64,000 nt of DNA from assembly GCA_002633005.1 (NCBI GenBank), contig NMRA01000338.1, forward strand, positions 277,690 to 341,689, given 5' to 3'. Positions 37,961-52,539 of the stretch are shown here, in pieces. The stretch is from Phoronis australis. Taxonomy: Eukaryota; Animalia; Phoronida. A program made the position numbers and the translations under genes. The notes beneath the pieces are model-generated. The model had not been told where the DNA came from, did no database searches, and saw nothing but the letters and a program-made list of their open reading frames with translations. Every line of letters begins with the position of its first letter. Positions within the stretch are counted from its first letter, which is position 1.

Positions 37961-40900
37961 TCAATATCCAACATATCACTAGTGTAGACTCTAACCAATT
38001 CCTCATTCTAAATGAAGACACCTGAATCAAAAATATTTTTTCTTAATTGTCAAATAAATGAGAAGAAAAATCTACTATTATTTAGTGTACCTTAACCGCT
38101 GAATTACCTCTTCAGGGGACAGTCGACAATACATGTTCATGTTTGTTTTGTTATTTCTCCTTAAATTTCAAACAAATACTAAATTTTATTATTAATTTGT
38201 TGGATTTTGTGTACTGGTTAGTTTGTCTAAAACCTGACCTTAAAATGAACCTGCCAATAATCCATAAACTGTCAAAATGAATATTTATTTGAGAGGCATT
38301 CACAACCCTAAGCACCATCATAACGTCTTACATATTTTTGCATAAATGAATATTTAAATCATGATCGTACAACCGGCACTACTTCAATCTTCCTCAGCGC
38401 AATGCCGGAAACAACTATTCTCACTTTCCAAACCACGAATTCGAATATTCTCAAAGGTCAACCGTTAATCATCAAGTTTAAGACCAGTGTACTTCGATCG
38501 AGTTATTTGAGCGAATAAACAATAAATGAAAAAAGTCTGTACTAACGAACTATTAGTTTCATATTTTCTAAAACCTCTAGAGAGTGTATCAACATGCAGG
38601 ACGTGAGCCATCCAGAAACTTCATAATATATTGAGAGCGAGTCTTGCCCGGTGGACTGAACATTTACCTACTAGAACCTCATCTCCTAGGATGAGTTGAT
38701 GTGAAATTCAATGCCGGGAACTTGCTTTTCTTGTGGTTCAGTCAATACTCCCGTTCCGTGATTAGGGCAGTTTGTATCTGACGTCACCTAGCTTTCTACG
38801 GGAAGGCCTTAGGGCTTGAAAGTAAACTCCTGTTCTCCTCTCTCAAACCAAACTTGTTAGGCCTATACGCAGTTCTTGAGTAGTTGTTCTGGAGATTGTG
38901 TTTCAGTTGTCTTCAGAAAGTTTCATAGCGATTTCAACTCAGCAGATGAGACTTTAACCAGGCAACTTAAATAGGTTATAAATCCGTATTCCGGTTGAGA
39001 ATTCGACCAGCCAATCAGAAACGCCGGTGAAAAAAATTCCCGAGGAAAATTAAGTGATACCTGCCTGCTGGCTACCACCTAGCGGCACGCAGGGAACCAG
39101 CGAGCTCATATGACGTGTCATGCATGGTCTCGAAGAATTACGAATTGGCTGTCAGTCCATCGCTTTACTTGTGATTCATAGTGAATTTCTAATTCTCCCC
39201 TTTTCCAGTTCTAGATACCTTGTGTTCATCCCTGCGGTATGGACACCCATCTGGCATGATTTTTCTTATTTGAAGCGCCAGTGTTCTCAGTTAAGTACTC
39301 TAAAATGAAATAGTAGGATACCAGGTACGATACAATATACACAAATAATCCATAGGCGTGATCGAGGTCGGTGGATAAAAACTACGGAGTGTAAAACATT
39401 GAAATTTTAATTCATTGGTCACATATGCATGTGTACCGGATGTGTTCGTACTTCAATGGACACAGCGGTGCATAGAGTGGAATGCGTCGAGGAACCACAA
39501 ATTATGATAACGATTTTTTTTCAGCCGTATGATTAGATTTACGTATTTCCCAAGGATTATTTTACGATTACGAACAAGGCGTTCGCACTAAAGGGTTTAA
39601 ATACGTTCGTGTTCTGTAGTCTGTATACACGACGACAGGATTTCGAGCAACCTCTCGCCAACTCGCGTCATCTTTCATTTTCCACTACGCTGAGTAGTGC
39701 TGGCGGTCCTTGTCTCAGTGTCTACATTAGGCATCAGTAGATATTTTGTATTTTTACCAATTGGTCACGACTCACGCAGGAACTACGCCAGCACAGAGAA
39801 ATTCAGTTGTGCTAAGGTCGCTCTCAAAAACGGGCATTGGTTGAAGTAGCGCAGACTGTACTGGTGATTTCAGCGATGGTTTCAGACCACGTTTAGCAAT
39901 TCAATTACTGTAGGGTTCCATGTTTGGTCAACAAGAAGCAGCTTATGCTTGTAAAACGAATAAGTAGTTCAAGATAAAATGGAAAACTGAAAATCAATGT
40001 GTTTCGGTGGTCAAGAAAAAAGACTGGACCGTTCGATACCCCGTTCAATTGTTCTTCTAGACATGCAAGCAGTGGCTTGAACTAAGAAAACGTATTGCAT
40101 TCGAGTCGCGTTTTTGCCAAAAAGTGCCTTGAACAAAAAGCCTGGTTAGCACTCAGTATGTGTATAAGGGCGTTTTTGATCACTGCCGATCAGAAGGTAT
40201 TTTGCGATTGAAAAATCGAAGTGAGAACTTCTACAGATGCGTCGCCATCTTGTCACTGGCGAACGCAAGGTGGTTTTGCAAAGCGAACAGCTACTTCAAA
40301 TTAAAACAGAACCGTAGAATTCTACTCGAAATAGGTAGGTGGTCACATTGTTTTTACGTAGAAGAAGAGTGATTGGCCTGCTACATAGAATCAATGGCTT
40401 GAGTGTTCAAATTGCTCAGCGACATCAAAATGTGTCTTGAATAGCGTCTGCTTGGCTATTTTTAAGCGCCGCGCTAGAAATACGAGAGTTTCCACAGACT
40501 GACGAACAGAAACGTTTCTATTTTGTGACGGAAATTTCAAAAAATATAAACGATGCGAGAATTTTCCGGATGACTCGCCAGTTTTTCAATGAGCTCCGAG
40601 TTTTCCTTGGAGGTTATATGAGGGCGCCTCAGACCGTAACAAAGACGGTCTCTAGCTGTAAATGAAGTTAACGACAAAAACTGGTAGGTGCGTTCCGAGC
40701 ATGCGCGACACAATGCTTAAAGGCGGCAGGAACAACAATTTCCCTAACATAGTGATCCGGTTTACGTGACAGTCGGCGCCCTGTTTGTTTGTACTTGTTG
40801 GATGCATAGGCGCGGCCACTTCCGCCTGCCGGGATGGAAAACTTACAACTGAATCTCCTCCATCTCCGAGCACACCGAGGCAATTACACGTGGCGGGATT

Positions 40901-42367
40901 TTATGGATTTTTGATTTGTTTAAGTCTTTGCCGGAATATTTACACATATTGCATCTTATTTGATGTCCTGACCATTCCCGAATCACAAACACCTCAAATC
41001 AAAAATATTTGCATTTCATTACCCATTAAACATTCTTAAATGAATTTCCCCGTTTTTGGTTTCATTATCGTTATTTGACACACCTGCCGCTGTGAATCTA
41101 ATCCAGAGACCTGTCTGTAGATACATTTACTGCTACAGGTAGAAACCTCGTGGAGCACAATTTGACCTGAATTTTGCGAACCAAAATGTTGTAAATGAAG
41201 CAAAATATAGTACGAGTGAAATGAATCAATACCGTACGCAATATGTACCGGTACTTTTGTAATTTGATTACACTCGTGACCTGTTGGCACCATTTTAAGT
41301 TAATGAGCCCACTATAAAAATTATATCAACATGCAGGGACAATTTGTGCACGGGATTCGCCTGCGGCCGATCTAAATATCATTTTAAAAAACTCCAGACC
41401 TGCAAAATAGGGCGCTAAAACGAAAAACAACAAATTTAGCCCCAGTCTATTCGTTTGCTGCTAAAATGATTTTATCTCAGTCTTAAAAAGTACCAAAAGC
41501 GTAATCTTTACAATTATATAGACATAGCAATGCTACAATATAAATTGTACCATCACAATTTATTTTTGACCAGACACAGCTCCCGGTTATCCACGAAATT
41601 TAATAAAAGTTAAATATTCGAAATATTTCAATCCGCAGCAAAACGTTAATAAATTATTTACAGTTTCATTTTTAACAATGTTTGTTATTTTTGACTGAAT
41701 TCAACAAAAATCAGCGCACTTTAGTTACAGTTATAATGGTTGGTTGAACTGTTTGAATGCGACTGCCTTTCTCGTGGTCCGAGAAACAGTCTTGTTTGTG
41801 ATAAATCCATTAGATTGACATTTAGAATTTCAAGTGTTTTACTTTTTCGTAGGAGATAAAAAGCAAAGCATTTTAGTTTTTTTCATTATTTTATTCTCAA
41901 AATGCTCAAAAGTGTTTGGTTTAACATCTCTGTACCTAGGCAAGGAATCTTAAATTTATGATAGCGCAGGGACCTGCTGACGAGTTCGTTGTAATGTCAA
42001 GTCCTATTCACGTCTGCTCGTAGAAACGATTCTGAAACACGAGGTGTCACTCCGGCTTCTTTATACTTGCAGTATTATTTTCTTCAAAGTCAGCCTTGTG
42101 AATGTCGACAATGCTACAAATCCAAGTACCCGTTCTGTAGACGCAGCACACACGCGAAAGTGCACGATCACTCAAGTATTCGCGAGATATCGTCACGTGC
42201 TACAAGCGAAGCAGGTGATACTTCTAGCTTTACTCGTGGCTTCGGAACTTGATTTGACCAAGTAGCGTAGTATAATAGGAGGGTTCACTTGTGAGTTCGT
42301 TGTTATCGCTACTACTAGCGCCACTAGGTGGTAAATAAGCAACAGTCAAGTAGGAAGAGCGAGAACA

Positions 42368-42465
42368 ATGGAGAAGGGCACCTTTTGCAGTGCGATAAAT
42401 TGCACTTATTCATCCACGGAAACCCCAGACTTGCCATTTTTTACGTTTCCTAAGGATCCAGAAAT
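42368..42465 (+). pseudogene. THAP-domain first exon (MEKGTFCSAINCTYSSTETPDLPFFTFPKDPE), probably a transposon remnant
   Basis: ATG, CSAINC and FFTFPKD THAP signature, then a gttag donor-like site; no continuation recognised. Confidence 0.7.
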
Positions 42466-45400
42466 GTTAGAATTATTTGTTATTCAATAATATGATATAT
42501 TATCTTTCATTTTCTGTGTTATATTCACGGTTGGAAGACAAGTCGATCGCAGTCCCGGTGCCACTGTCACCTGCAGTGTAGGCTACTGCATAGGCCACGC
42601 TCTGTCTTCTAAAGATACTTTGTTGTCAATGTACGTCTACTAAAATTATATGTGAGGGAACATCAGAATGGAATAGAGGAAAAAACCGGAAAATTTTCCT
42701 GGGCGGGAGGGGGCATAAGCTCCCCCCATTCGGTGCTATGCGCATCTACAATCGTGGTTTGCGGAATGGCTTACAGCCGGACAAAATGTTTCCCCCCTTG
42801 TGATATCCTAGATCCGCCACTGTGAATTGTCTTGCTTTGTTCGTCTTACTTGTGTTACACCTACTGCACAAACCAGTTGTCTGCACTGGTAGCAGCCTGG
42901 CGTATTCAATAGGGAACACACTCAAAATTCTTAGGTGAACATGAAACGCGCAGTGAGCTGGGAGCACTTCGTAATGAAAAGTTGGAAAACACCCAGTATG
43001 GTACTGGGGCATGATGGCCACCAGTCATATCAAGCAAAGGTCCTCGGGATCATGTTCAAAACGAGGGAAAAATCTTATCATCACCTTAGCACATGTTTCC
43101 AATAATCAGGGGAACAACCAAAATTTGTGACGATGGGAGGGGCACAACACTCATGTGGCATACCCTGTTGGTTTTTACCTGTTTAGCACTTCTCCAATGT
43201 ACATCCCTGGGAGGGGGTCAACACCCGTTTGGCCCCCACCTGGTTTGCACTCCTCCCTTGTACACCTGCATGTGGGCAACTCTCCCCTGAAGCCCCAGGT
43301 GCCTTATTAAGAACTCAAACATGAAACAAAACCATGATGGCTTTTGAAGGGAGCTTCAAGAGAATGAAAGCAAATACACTTTAATTTTGATTAAAGCACA
43401 CATTTTCATTCTCATTCGATTATAAGTGGATGTTAGTTTACGTATTTTACCCATTTTCGATCACACAGGAATTTTATTGCACGTCGAACTTCATTAAAAT
43501 ATGAATTTATCAGTGTTTACATGGTTCGGTCTGCGCCGCTAAATTAGTGTTGCTTATTCGTCGCTTGGGGCGCTAGTTTTTCGACCTATAACCATGGCGG
43601 CGAATAGCAAAATGGCGGAGTGAACTCTCCTATTCTTCGTACAATCATTGATTTGACTAACAGTAGACTCGACGTGAGCAACGTGAATGTTCTGTTGTTT
43701 TTCCACATCATCAATATTTGCGCTGATTACAGCTCACTTGTGATTGAACAGGTTAAATGAAGAATAAACCGCAAATAATCATCTTTATCTAAACTGAAAA
43801 TCTTCTCAGCGTTTGATACTTCGTTTAGCTAATTGCATCTATTCTATAAGAAGTTAGCCATAACGTTGATAGTTAGAGTCTTTTGCACCTGGTGATTTTG
43901 TGATTTAGAACACTTAAATTAAAATTATAGGCGTAGTACGGCCATTAAAACAATCTTTAATCATCGAAGTCGTTAAAAGGCAATTATTGCTATTCACTGA
44001 ATTAATGTTATTTTTCTTGGCGTTGCGCTGTCGTTCGTACAGAACGTGTTTTGAAGTCTAGTTGATCCTGGTGCATACTTTGAGTTCATGTTTATAAACA
44101 TAAGTTTTGAACTTATAGTCTCGAATACAACTGCATCTGAATGAATGCATGTAGCCATCGCGTGTAGGTCTGCATGTACCACTGGCTCTTTTGCAGCCGA
44201 TTGAACAAGACGAATACAGTATTCTGCATGAAAGTAGGAACTTATCTGTAAACAAATCTGTAGAATCGTCACGTTAACAAATACCAACTGTGTGCGATTT
44301 TTACCACTTGGAATGTCACTCAATGGGTGTACTTTCTTCTTAACAATAATTTGCTTGTAAAAATCACTGGTGATGTTTTACTGAAGTTAAGGTTACATAG
44401 GACCGTATAGGTCGTATATTAAGACACTGCATATCTACGAGATTGAAGAGTTCAACTCTCTAAAAGTGAACATTTTCTAAAAGTAGAAAGCCACGTGACC
44501 ATGCGAGCAGTTGACAGGTCGTTTTTTTAAGGTTGATACTAAAACAAAATGCTTTAACATCAACAGAAATTAAAAACCTTTACGAAAAAACCCTAAACAT
44601 ACCTGGTGAGCTGGTTGAATTCCGATAACTCAGTTGATGACGGACAGTTGTCCTGGACCCTGTTTTTGCTTCCACTTTTCTGTACACGGACCGCTTTAAG
44701 TCCTCTCTTTCAGTCACGTGGTATAGGATTGCTGGCAGACAAAGGACACAAGATTGCATTTTAGCCATGAATGATTTGCGCAGAAACGTGGCGAATTTTG
44801 TTGTTGACACTTTTTGTGTTCAGAGCGCAAGAATTGATCTGCACGAATCCCGGATACGTGCCCGAGGCGATGCCAAAAAACTAAAATATCTACCTGAGGT
44901 GAAATTAACTGAATATTAGGACACCAAGGTAAGACATCACCATGTTGCCGGCTTCTACGTCGTTGCCGTAAATTATGTGCGTCATCTGCTGTCACACAAT
45001 GTACAATACTGTGAGAAGAGCGAAACTGGTTACCGTCACGAAGAATACCTGAATTGTCGCGTGTATGGCGTCACGTGGTTGTCCAAACTCCCTTACTGGG
45101 GTTTTGATTTTTGATTTTCGGTCGCTCCCATTATCTATGGTGTGAAATGTAACTCCGTCCCTAGGAATCATGTGTATTAAAATAAGAATTTATATTAATA
45201 CATGTCAGACTCATACCTACAAAATTCAAGATAAATTGAATAGGGTATCACGGGAAAACTGAATACTTTTAATTTCAAAATTGACCATTGACTTGTGTTT
45301 ATTGAGTTAGAGACCCTCATGTTAAAACTCCCCTTGTTTCTGTTGTTCATATTAAAATAAAGTATGATGGAATTTCTGGCAACTGAGGATAGCAATTCTA

Positions 45401-46935
45401 TATGGCATATTACTCGCAACAGGAGGTGAACAAATTGTGATGGCCGGGGGGGGACTCTGGCTTCTGGAGGGGAAAGAAGCTCAACTAGCGGGATTTTCAT
45501 GCTGGTGCTCTCTAGAATAGTGAGAGACGAAAGCGACTTCCGCTAGATCTCGACTCAGATTCGCTGGACACCATGGTTATTAAACTCAAACACAGGTAAA
45601 CAAATCTCACTGTCAGTCCCTCCGATTGTGTGATTAGGTTAATTTCACTAGTATAACTGAGGTGGACCCCTGCTACATTTTGTTCGAGACATTGAGTGTA
45701 TAGAATCTAAGGGCTAAGCGATGAACCCTTTGAAATCTAATATTTGATAAACATTCGTCCTCAGTCAAAAATAGCTGAGACAGTTTTTGCTCAGAAAAAC
45801 TTCAAAATATTTTTCAAGACATAAAGTACCCAAACCTTCATGTGCGCAGGGATCAATAAGAGGATTTCTTAACTACACCCCGTGCTCGATGGAACATCAA
45901 ACTTAATCACAGTTAAACCATAGATTACTAAACATTAATCTAAGATTAAACTAACATGATCATATTTCTAAAAACTGCCAACTCATGAATTAGTTACGAA
46001 GCTTGATTAAGTCATCACTAGTATTAAGAAAGTTTAGACAAGAGTAATGTATTGGATATTTGCCATACTAAATAAATGCTACTGAACAGAGGAGTTAAGC
46101 TCATGTATCATCTTTGAGACAAAAGCCATTGAACTCCTTTAGTACCCTCATAATTAAGCTGGCATATCCTGTGAAGCTTCAATATGTAAATCCTGAATTT
46201 CAAGCATTGTAACAATAAACGGAACATTCACTCCATCACATGTTAGGTATCCTTGTCAACCTCAAATGTAGTTTTCAGTATTAGCACATACAACACTTTA
46301 CCCAGAGCAAGCAGCACTGCTGGTCATACTATGTTTCGTGTGGCAGCAGGGCGTGGTATTACATCCACATTTGCACACACTGCAGATGATTTACAGGAAT
46401 TTCTGAGGAGCAGGTTGCAGGTCGGTCATGATTAGCACAAAGTTGCCAGTAGCGACTTTGCAGCCCCAGTCCATAGCATTCCACCACCTAACCATTCCTT
46501 GGTCTACAGTGGTGGTACACTATGAGGCTACGATACTTGACTGAAACCGACGTAAGAGGAAGTCTACATGGCTGAACTGACACTGTGTATGCTGCAGTTT
46601 TCACCCAGAATTTTTCTCTCCTGAGAATTGAAGGTTGCTATTGTACATAACTAAGGGTCAGGTGTGTCAGAAGTTGAATGTGGGTTTGTTTAAAATGTAG
46701 CTATGGTTTGAGATTGTGCGTGGATGGAGAGAGAATGGTTAAATCCAGTAATATGTGATAACCTCTCACTAAAATAAGTGAACCTGTTGTACGTTAAGTA
46801 GACTAACAATGAAGAGTAACTACGCTAGCGCCCTCAGTAAGGTTTACTTCAATCGACTATAGACCCTATTCACACTGACAGGAGGCGCGTTCCAAAACGA
46901 GGCTCGCTACGTTAGCTGTGGTAGCTTATCCGCGT

Positions 46936-47075
46936 AGTTGTACTTCGCGTTGCTCGAACAGCTAGAAAAAATACGGACACTCAGCTGTCTGTTTTACAAT
47001 CCCTAAGGACGCTGGGATTCGGAAGCGTTGGGTTCTTGCCATACGCCGCGACGGAGGAAAATATGTCCGTGTAAA
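46936..47075 (+). pseudogene. THAP-domain fragment (SCTSRCSNS*...FTIPKDAGIRKRWVLAIRRDGGKY)
   Basis: F-x-x-P-K-D...R-x-x-W-x-x-A-I-R-R THAP motif with an in-frame stop. Confidence 0.7.
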
Positions 47076-47359
47076 ATTTATAACTGTTTTCGAATCATAA
47101 TTTGTCGCATCTCGATTGTCGCCATAGCAACGAGGAATGGAGAATCTACGGCCAGCCAGGCTGTGTTTTCATGACTATGGGTTGAAGCGCGATGCATTTT
47201 TGTTAACAAAAAGGACAGGGTCCTCAATCCCTCAATTTTGGGGCCAAATATTGGCCCTATTCCCCTCGAGGCCTAAAAATTCCCGTAGTGATTGAAAATT
47301 TCTCTCCAACGGCTCAAATCACCTGTGACCACAGAGGTGACAATTTGAAAAAGTACAAG

Positions 47360-48010
47360 ATCATAGGCGGATTTAGGGGGGGGGGGGGCAGGGACCCGCC
47401 CCCCCCTTGACTGCTGCAAGCAAAATAAACCAGCAAAACGTGAAGCGGGAGGAAATACTGAGTTCGAGCTAGGACCGGTTGCGGACGAGGGGGAAAACAC
47501 GTTACGTTTTTTTTAGTCCAACGACAGATTTCCTGAGCAGAAGGTATATATCCTCGGCGCGCGCAACTTCCGGGCAGCCTGCGTGCATACAATCGCGCTT
47601 TGCCCGCTTCTCCGAGGATGTCGGGACCCCCCTCATGGTATCCTAGATCAGCCACTGAAAACGTTACTTGAGACAGAGCTATGGCAACTTGCAATAGGGC
47701 GGGGTGCTATTGATGGTGATCGGGAGGTCAGTAGATTTTTCACTGACCCGTCACTCGGCGAAACGTTCCCCTCTTAGAAGGCCGCACAGACATCTTTCCC
47801 CTCGGATATGAACGAGGCCTCTGAAGAAACATGATAACTATGCTTGTTCCAGGGGGGATCCAGGACTTTGAGTTGGGGGGGGGCAAGGCAGAGTATTAGC
47901 CAGGATTTTGCCCGTCAGACATTCGCGCTCCTGAACTCCCAAATGGAATCTGGGAGAATTTTTTTGGGGGGGGCATGGCCCCCTTGGCTCCCCTCTAAAC
48001 CCACCACTGT
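47360..48010. mobile_element. Cluster of G/C-run-rich MITE ends (hAT-like cagtggcggatctagga termini); relatives at ~16310-16420, 42700-42822 and 49088-49135
   Basis: tatcctagatc(a/c)gccactg shared between ~47640 and ~42805; ggggg...ccccc subterminal hairpins. Confidence 0.55.
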
Positions 48011-49419
48011 GCTCTGTCCATTTAACTAAAACTGAGCTCTAAAACGAGGTTATGCTTTGGACGAAAGAATTGGGTGTTTTAATTTTAAAATTCAACTTGG
48101 TCGAGATTGATATTTGAAAAATATAACACATGAAATAGACGTAATTATTAAAACCAAGAAAGCAGAATTGATGGTCATATAATTTTTATTTTCAATTGCG
48201 AGCCTGGTTTTTTATCGTAATCAAAATATATATATTTAATAACATCAAGTATTATTTCAGATCAATGACAAATCAACTGTTAGTCCCGGTAGTGCCTACC
48301 TCACCAGGACCTAGGCTATGCTGGAAGCTAATAGGCCTTCTCTTGATCAACAAATTAAACCAGATGTGACTAATTGCACATGACAGCAAAATGCTATGAG
48401 CCACCACTGTCGAATATATCTTCAACTCGTCAACAATACGACCAGATGACCTGGTTCGTGTAGAAAGCAAGAATTTATTAGAAGAAACGTTACCCTGCAT
48501 TCAGCATGATACCTAATCCGTAACTCTACGATCGCCGCAATTTGGTCATGTTTGCTTTTCACGTTTCGAACCTAGTTTTCCGGAAAAAAACTTATATCCT
48601 TTCGTCAGACAGCTCTTTGGTGCATTGACTTGTTCTTTATCTGTACTTTTATACTTCTCTGTGGTTAATTATTGACAATTTTTTAAGATTTAATATTCAG
48701 GTTGGACTCCAAAGACCGGCTATTTATTAACTCACACAATGTAAATTTCCGCTCTGTTTATCGCAGTGACCCTCGCTTTGGATTTTAATGTCCGCCGCGT
48801 GAGTTGGGTCTATAATAATCAAACGTCTTATCTGCTATCCAAGCTGTAAGGCTCGACACTCGTTGGATGACAGCCCTGTTGGTGATTCTTCGAACTAACA
48901 CACCATACTGCGACAGTGTGGTTGCTGGTCACAATCCTTTCGTGATGCAACACTTGCAGGCAATATCTTCTACCCAAGTTCCTCTTGCTGGTCGCAGTCC
49001 CTCGTGACGCAAGGTTCGATACTCCGAGGGTTGACTGCTCCGAAAGGTTCACTACTCCGAAAATACATAAAATTTCGATGCGCAGTTACAGGCCCGTAGC
49101 CAGGGGTGTTCGGGGGGTTCGAACCCCCCGTGGAAAATGTCCAGCCCTAGCCTATCCGTTAAAGATGGACAACAATAACACAATTGTTGCACCTACTAGT
49201 ACTACTAACCACAATGTTAACCAAGTTAATAATATAATTGAATTTGCTTCTGATTCAAAGCGCTTCACATAATCATCGGGCCGTACCCGGCCAACTTCGC
49301 CCAAGTGGTGTTTGCGTAGATGACAGGATGGTGCAGACGATTAGAGGAGGCTTTGTGTTATTCATCGTATGCGCGTGCGGGCTACACCGTACAAGGGAGC
49401 CTAGAAGTAAATGTCTATA

Positions 49420-49825
49420 CATGAATATTGCCAACTAATAGTTATTTACATAAAATTAAAACAAAAACAGGTGATTTATGCTCTTTCTGTGGTGAACACA
49501 GTGAAACTTTTCTCCATCTGTTTTGGGAATGTCGTCTTGTCTCCGGTTTCTGGCTCCTAAAACAAACATATCATGTAAATTTTCATGTGGACAAGATAGC
49601 AGTGTTTTTTGTTTTTTTGGGAACATTCAGTCGGAAAATTGTAATATTAATTTGTTGATCATGCTAGCAAAAAATTACATATTATTTAGTCAAAAGTTTG
49701 TTAAAAAAATCTTAATATCGAATTGTTCATTAACTTTATTAAATTACATCCTGAAGGAAATACGGTACTTGTTGAGTAATGATTTAATGTTATTTAAACG
49801 ATGTATAGTGTATTGTTTTATATGA
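49420..49825 (+). mobile_element. 3' fragment of an L1/Tx1-type LINE ORF2 (CCHC zinc knuckle)
   Basis: ILPTNSYLHKIK...LCSFCGEHSETFLHLFWEC..V..FW, followed by frameshifted NLLIMLAKNYI. Confidence 0.85.
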
Positions 49826-50501
49826 CTTGTAATTATCATGCTAGAGCAAAATAAAAATATGAAAAAAATGTCTATACATAGTTAAGCTATATAGCAGCGA
49901 GAGAACTCCCCAAAAGTAGTGCGGTGTGACTGCCTTAAAATCGACCAAAAAACAAAACAGGAAGAAAATAGGTTTGTTATCTGCTATTTTGGTGTACTTG
50001 CTAGCATAGTATGACCAAGTGCAGGCATTTTCAAAGTTCGAATTGAAAGTGATCGGCAAATATGTTGTTCATCCAGTGTCCACTTTGATTGTGTGGATTG
50101 GTGGATTGATATGCGTACTTGTACACGAGTGTGCGTATCCGTTCTTTTAAATTCAGTATACGCTGACGGTAAGTTATAGGCAGTCCTTTCTCAAAAACCA
50201 GACATTTAACTACTGTGTGTTCTTGCACTGAGAAATTCCCGAATGTTCACATTATTTTGGAAAGGTAGGTCTAGACCTAATTAAAAATCGGCCAATGACG
50301 AAAGTCAATCATTGTCAATGGTGCACAGCCTCGCAGACTTCACACGAGCAACAAACTTGATTGAAAAGATTTCCGTGGTTACATGCCACTTTTTGATTGC
50401 GTCGAATGTCCACAATTCCGAAAACAAAACTCCGACAGTTAATTATTTTGACTGACTGGTAACGAGTCGGAACTGACAATTTGTATCCATTTAGTAAGCA
50501 T

Positions 50502-51024
50502 TTAAGGTATCTGTGAACCTTGTTTACCATGTTGTACTGTATGTGCTAATATCTTAAATACTGTTTAGCTCGAACCCCACAATGTACACCGTATATATTT
50601 TCTGAAAGGCGGATCAATGTCATAACAAAACTTAATATTTTTATGTACTTGTCTTTATTTTTTCACGAAATATGCGTTTTTGAGTAAAAAATATTTTTTG
50701 ACTTTGAACAGAGATTTTGAAACTATTGTAATTAAAAAATTAAGACCTATTTAAAAAGTCTGAGACACAATTCCCTCGAAAATGCCGTTATCAAAACCAA
50801 TATGATTGGAGGAACAGTATTTTCGAAATTTCTGTTCAATGTCAAAAATTTTGTTTTTACTAAAAACGCATATCTAGTAAAATAAAGACAAGTAATTAAA
50901 AATAGTACATTTCGTTTTTATTTACTTTTCAGAAAATATATACTTTGCGGGGGTTAGAGCTAACAGAATTTAAGATATTTGAACATAAGTACAAACTGGT
51001 AATCAAGGTTCACAGTTACTTTAA
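50502..51024. mobile_element. TTAA-flanked foldback MITE (Kolobok-like) with ~210-bp imperfect arms
   Basis: ttaaggtatctgtgaaccttgtttacca pairs with tggtaatcaaggttcacagttactttaa; pairing continues inward. Confidence 0.85.
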
Positions 51025-52539
51025 GGGATGTGGACGAGTTGAATAGTTCTTAAAACATCGGCTACTTTGTTTACAAATAAGCTGCTCAGTTCCAATCACT
51101 GAAAACCGCGATTCTTGAATCCAACTAAAGACTCATTCTCAAGCAGGGACAGGGCTGCGGAGACCAACGATGGTTTTAAAATTAAGAAGACTGGATGGGA
51201 CTCTTGGTGAAGACTGGCAGGGACAGGGTAGCCTTGATACGCCGTGAAATACAACAATTTCGTAAAATGTAACAGTTGTTTCATTCTACGGCGTATCATA
51301 GCCTACTAACTACATTTAGTTTCGACCCGATTGAGGTTCCGGTAGGTGAGGTTGAGGCGCAGCGGCCCAAAACTTTTCAGTCGCTCTGTGAAATGATGCG
51401 ATCTTGACATAGATTGGATTAATGTATCGTGGCTGATAATTCATCAGTATTCTAACTTCATATTTTTTAGAAATGCAAGTACGTACTCGTTTTTCCGTAA
51501 TCGTAAGATATGCGGGCAATTTCGCATGCGCATGAAATCCAAACAAAGTGTTTTATTACCCGAGCGTTGTATTCGGTATAGGTACACCAATCAGCGAATC
51601 TAATAACCGAAGCGTCGTTTATTTTTGGATGTAAAAGTTTAACAATTACAGCTCATTCCGAAATTTCAGATACTTTCGGAGTAGTAAACTTTCGGATTAG
51701 TGAACCTTCGAAGTAGCGAACCTTCGTAATTGTGAACCTTCGGGAAAGTGGGTTGTTCCCATTTCCAGCGATGTAAGCAACTTAATTAACACTCAAAAAT
51801 ACATTCAGATAAAAAATTACGTCAAGTCATTCTTCGACTAAATATTTCCGTCCGAGTATATAATGAAGTGTAATCACTCATTTAAGCATGTCTGATTTAA
51901 AAGTTTGACAGGAGGTAACGCGAAAACGTTCTTTTCCACATTGCATTCGAATTTGATTAACGTTCTTTGAGAGCAACCGTCACGGCATCCTCATTAATTT
52001 CTGGTATTACGAATTCCGTCTTATTTCAGGAACACAGAGCTGAGAGTCATTGTTGTGTATACAGACTTCCCTTCCCCCTAATTAAGCTGTGTCAAGGGCC
52101 TTACCGAAAACTCTACAGTGTCGACGTTTGCAATATATCAAATGTCCACCTTCTAGGAATTCGAACAACTCCCACGGTTAATTTTTTACACTAAAAATAT
52201 ACGATACTTTGGTTATGAGACGCAGTGGTGTACCTATCGAAAACAACGCCAGGGTGATAACACACATCCTGCCGGTCTTAACTAAATTGACTCAAATACA
52301 ATACTTTATACCTGTCAGTTTCACCTGTTTAGCAGGTAATCAGAGTTGTGAGCTTTCAGAACACTGAATATTCTGAGTAGTGAATCCTCGGAGGTGAACT
52401 TTCGGTGTAGTGACATGTAACCATGTATACTACTACTAAAAATCTCACCGACCTCCAATCGACCCCCTGGTTATTATCGACCCCTTCAAGGTTCTTAGTG
52501 ACACCTGGGGGTCCATACCGACCCCTTGTTGACCAGTGC

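Larger units (their letters stand above)
46280..48620 (-). mobile_element. Academ-like DNA transposon remnant in two fragments with younger insertions between
   Basis: At 46280-46600: VQPCRLPLTSVSVKYRSLIVYH, DWG, TDLQPAPQKFL*IICSVCKCGC...SAAC (Cys-rich C-terminus). At ~48480-48620: HDQIAAIVELRI/RYHAECR. Superfamily assigned from memory of the motif. Confidence 0.6.
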
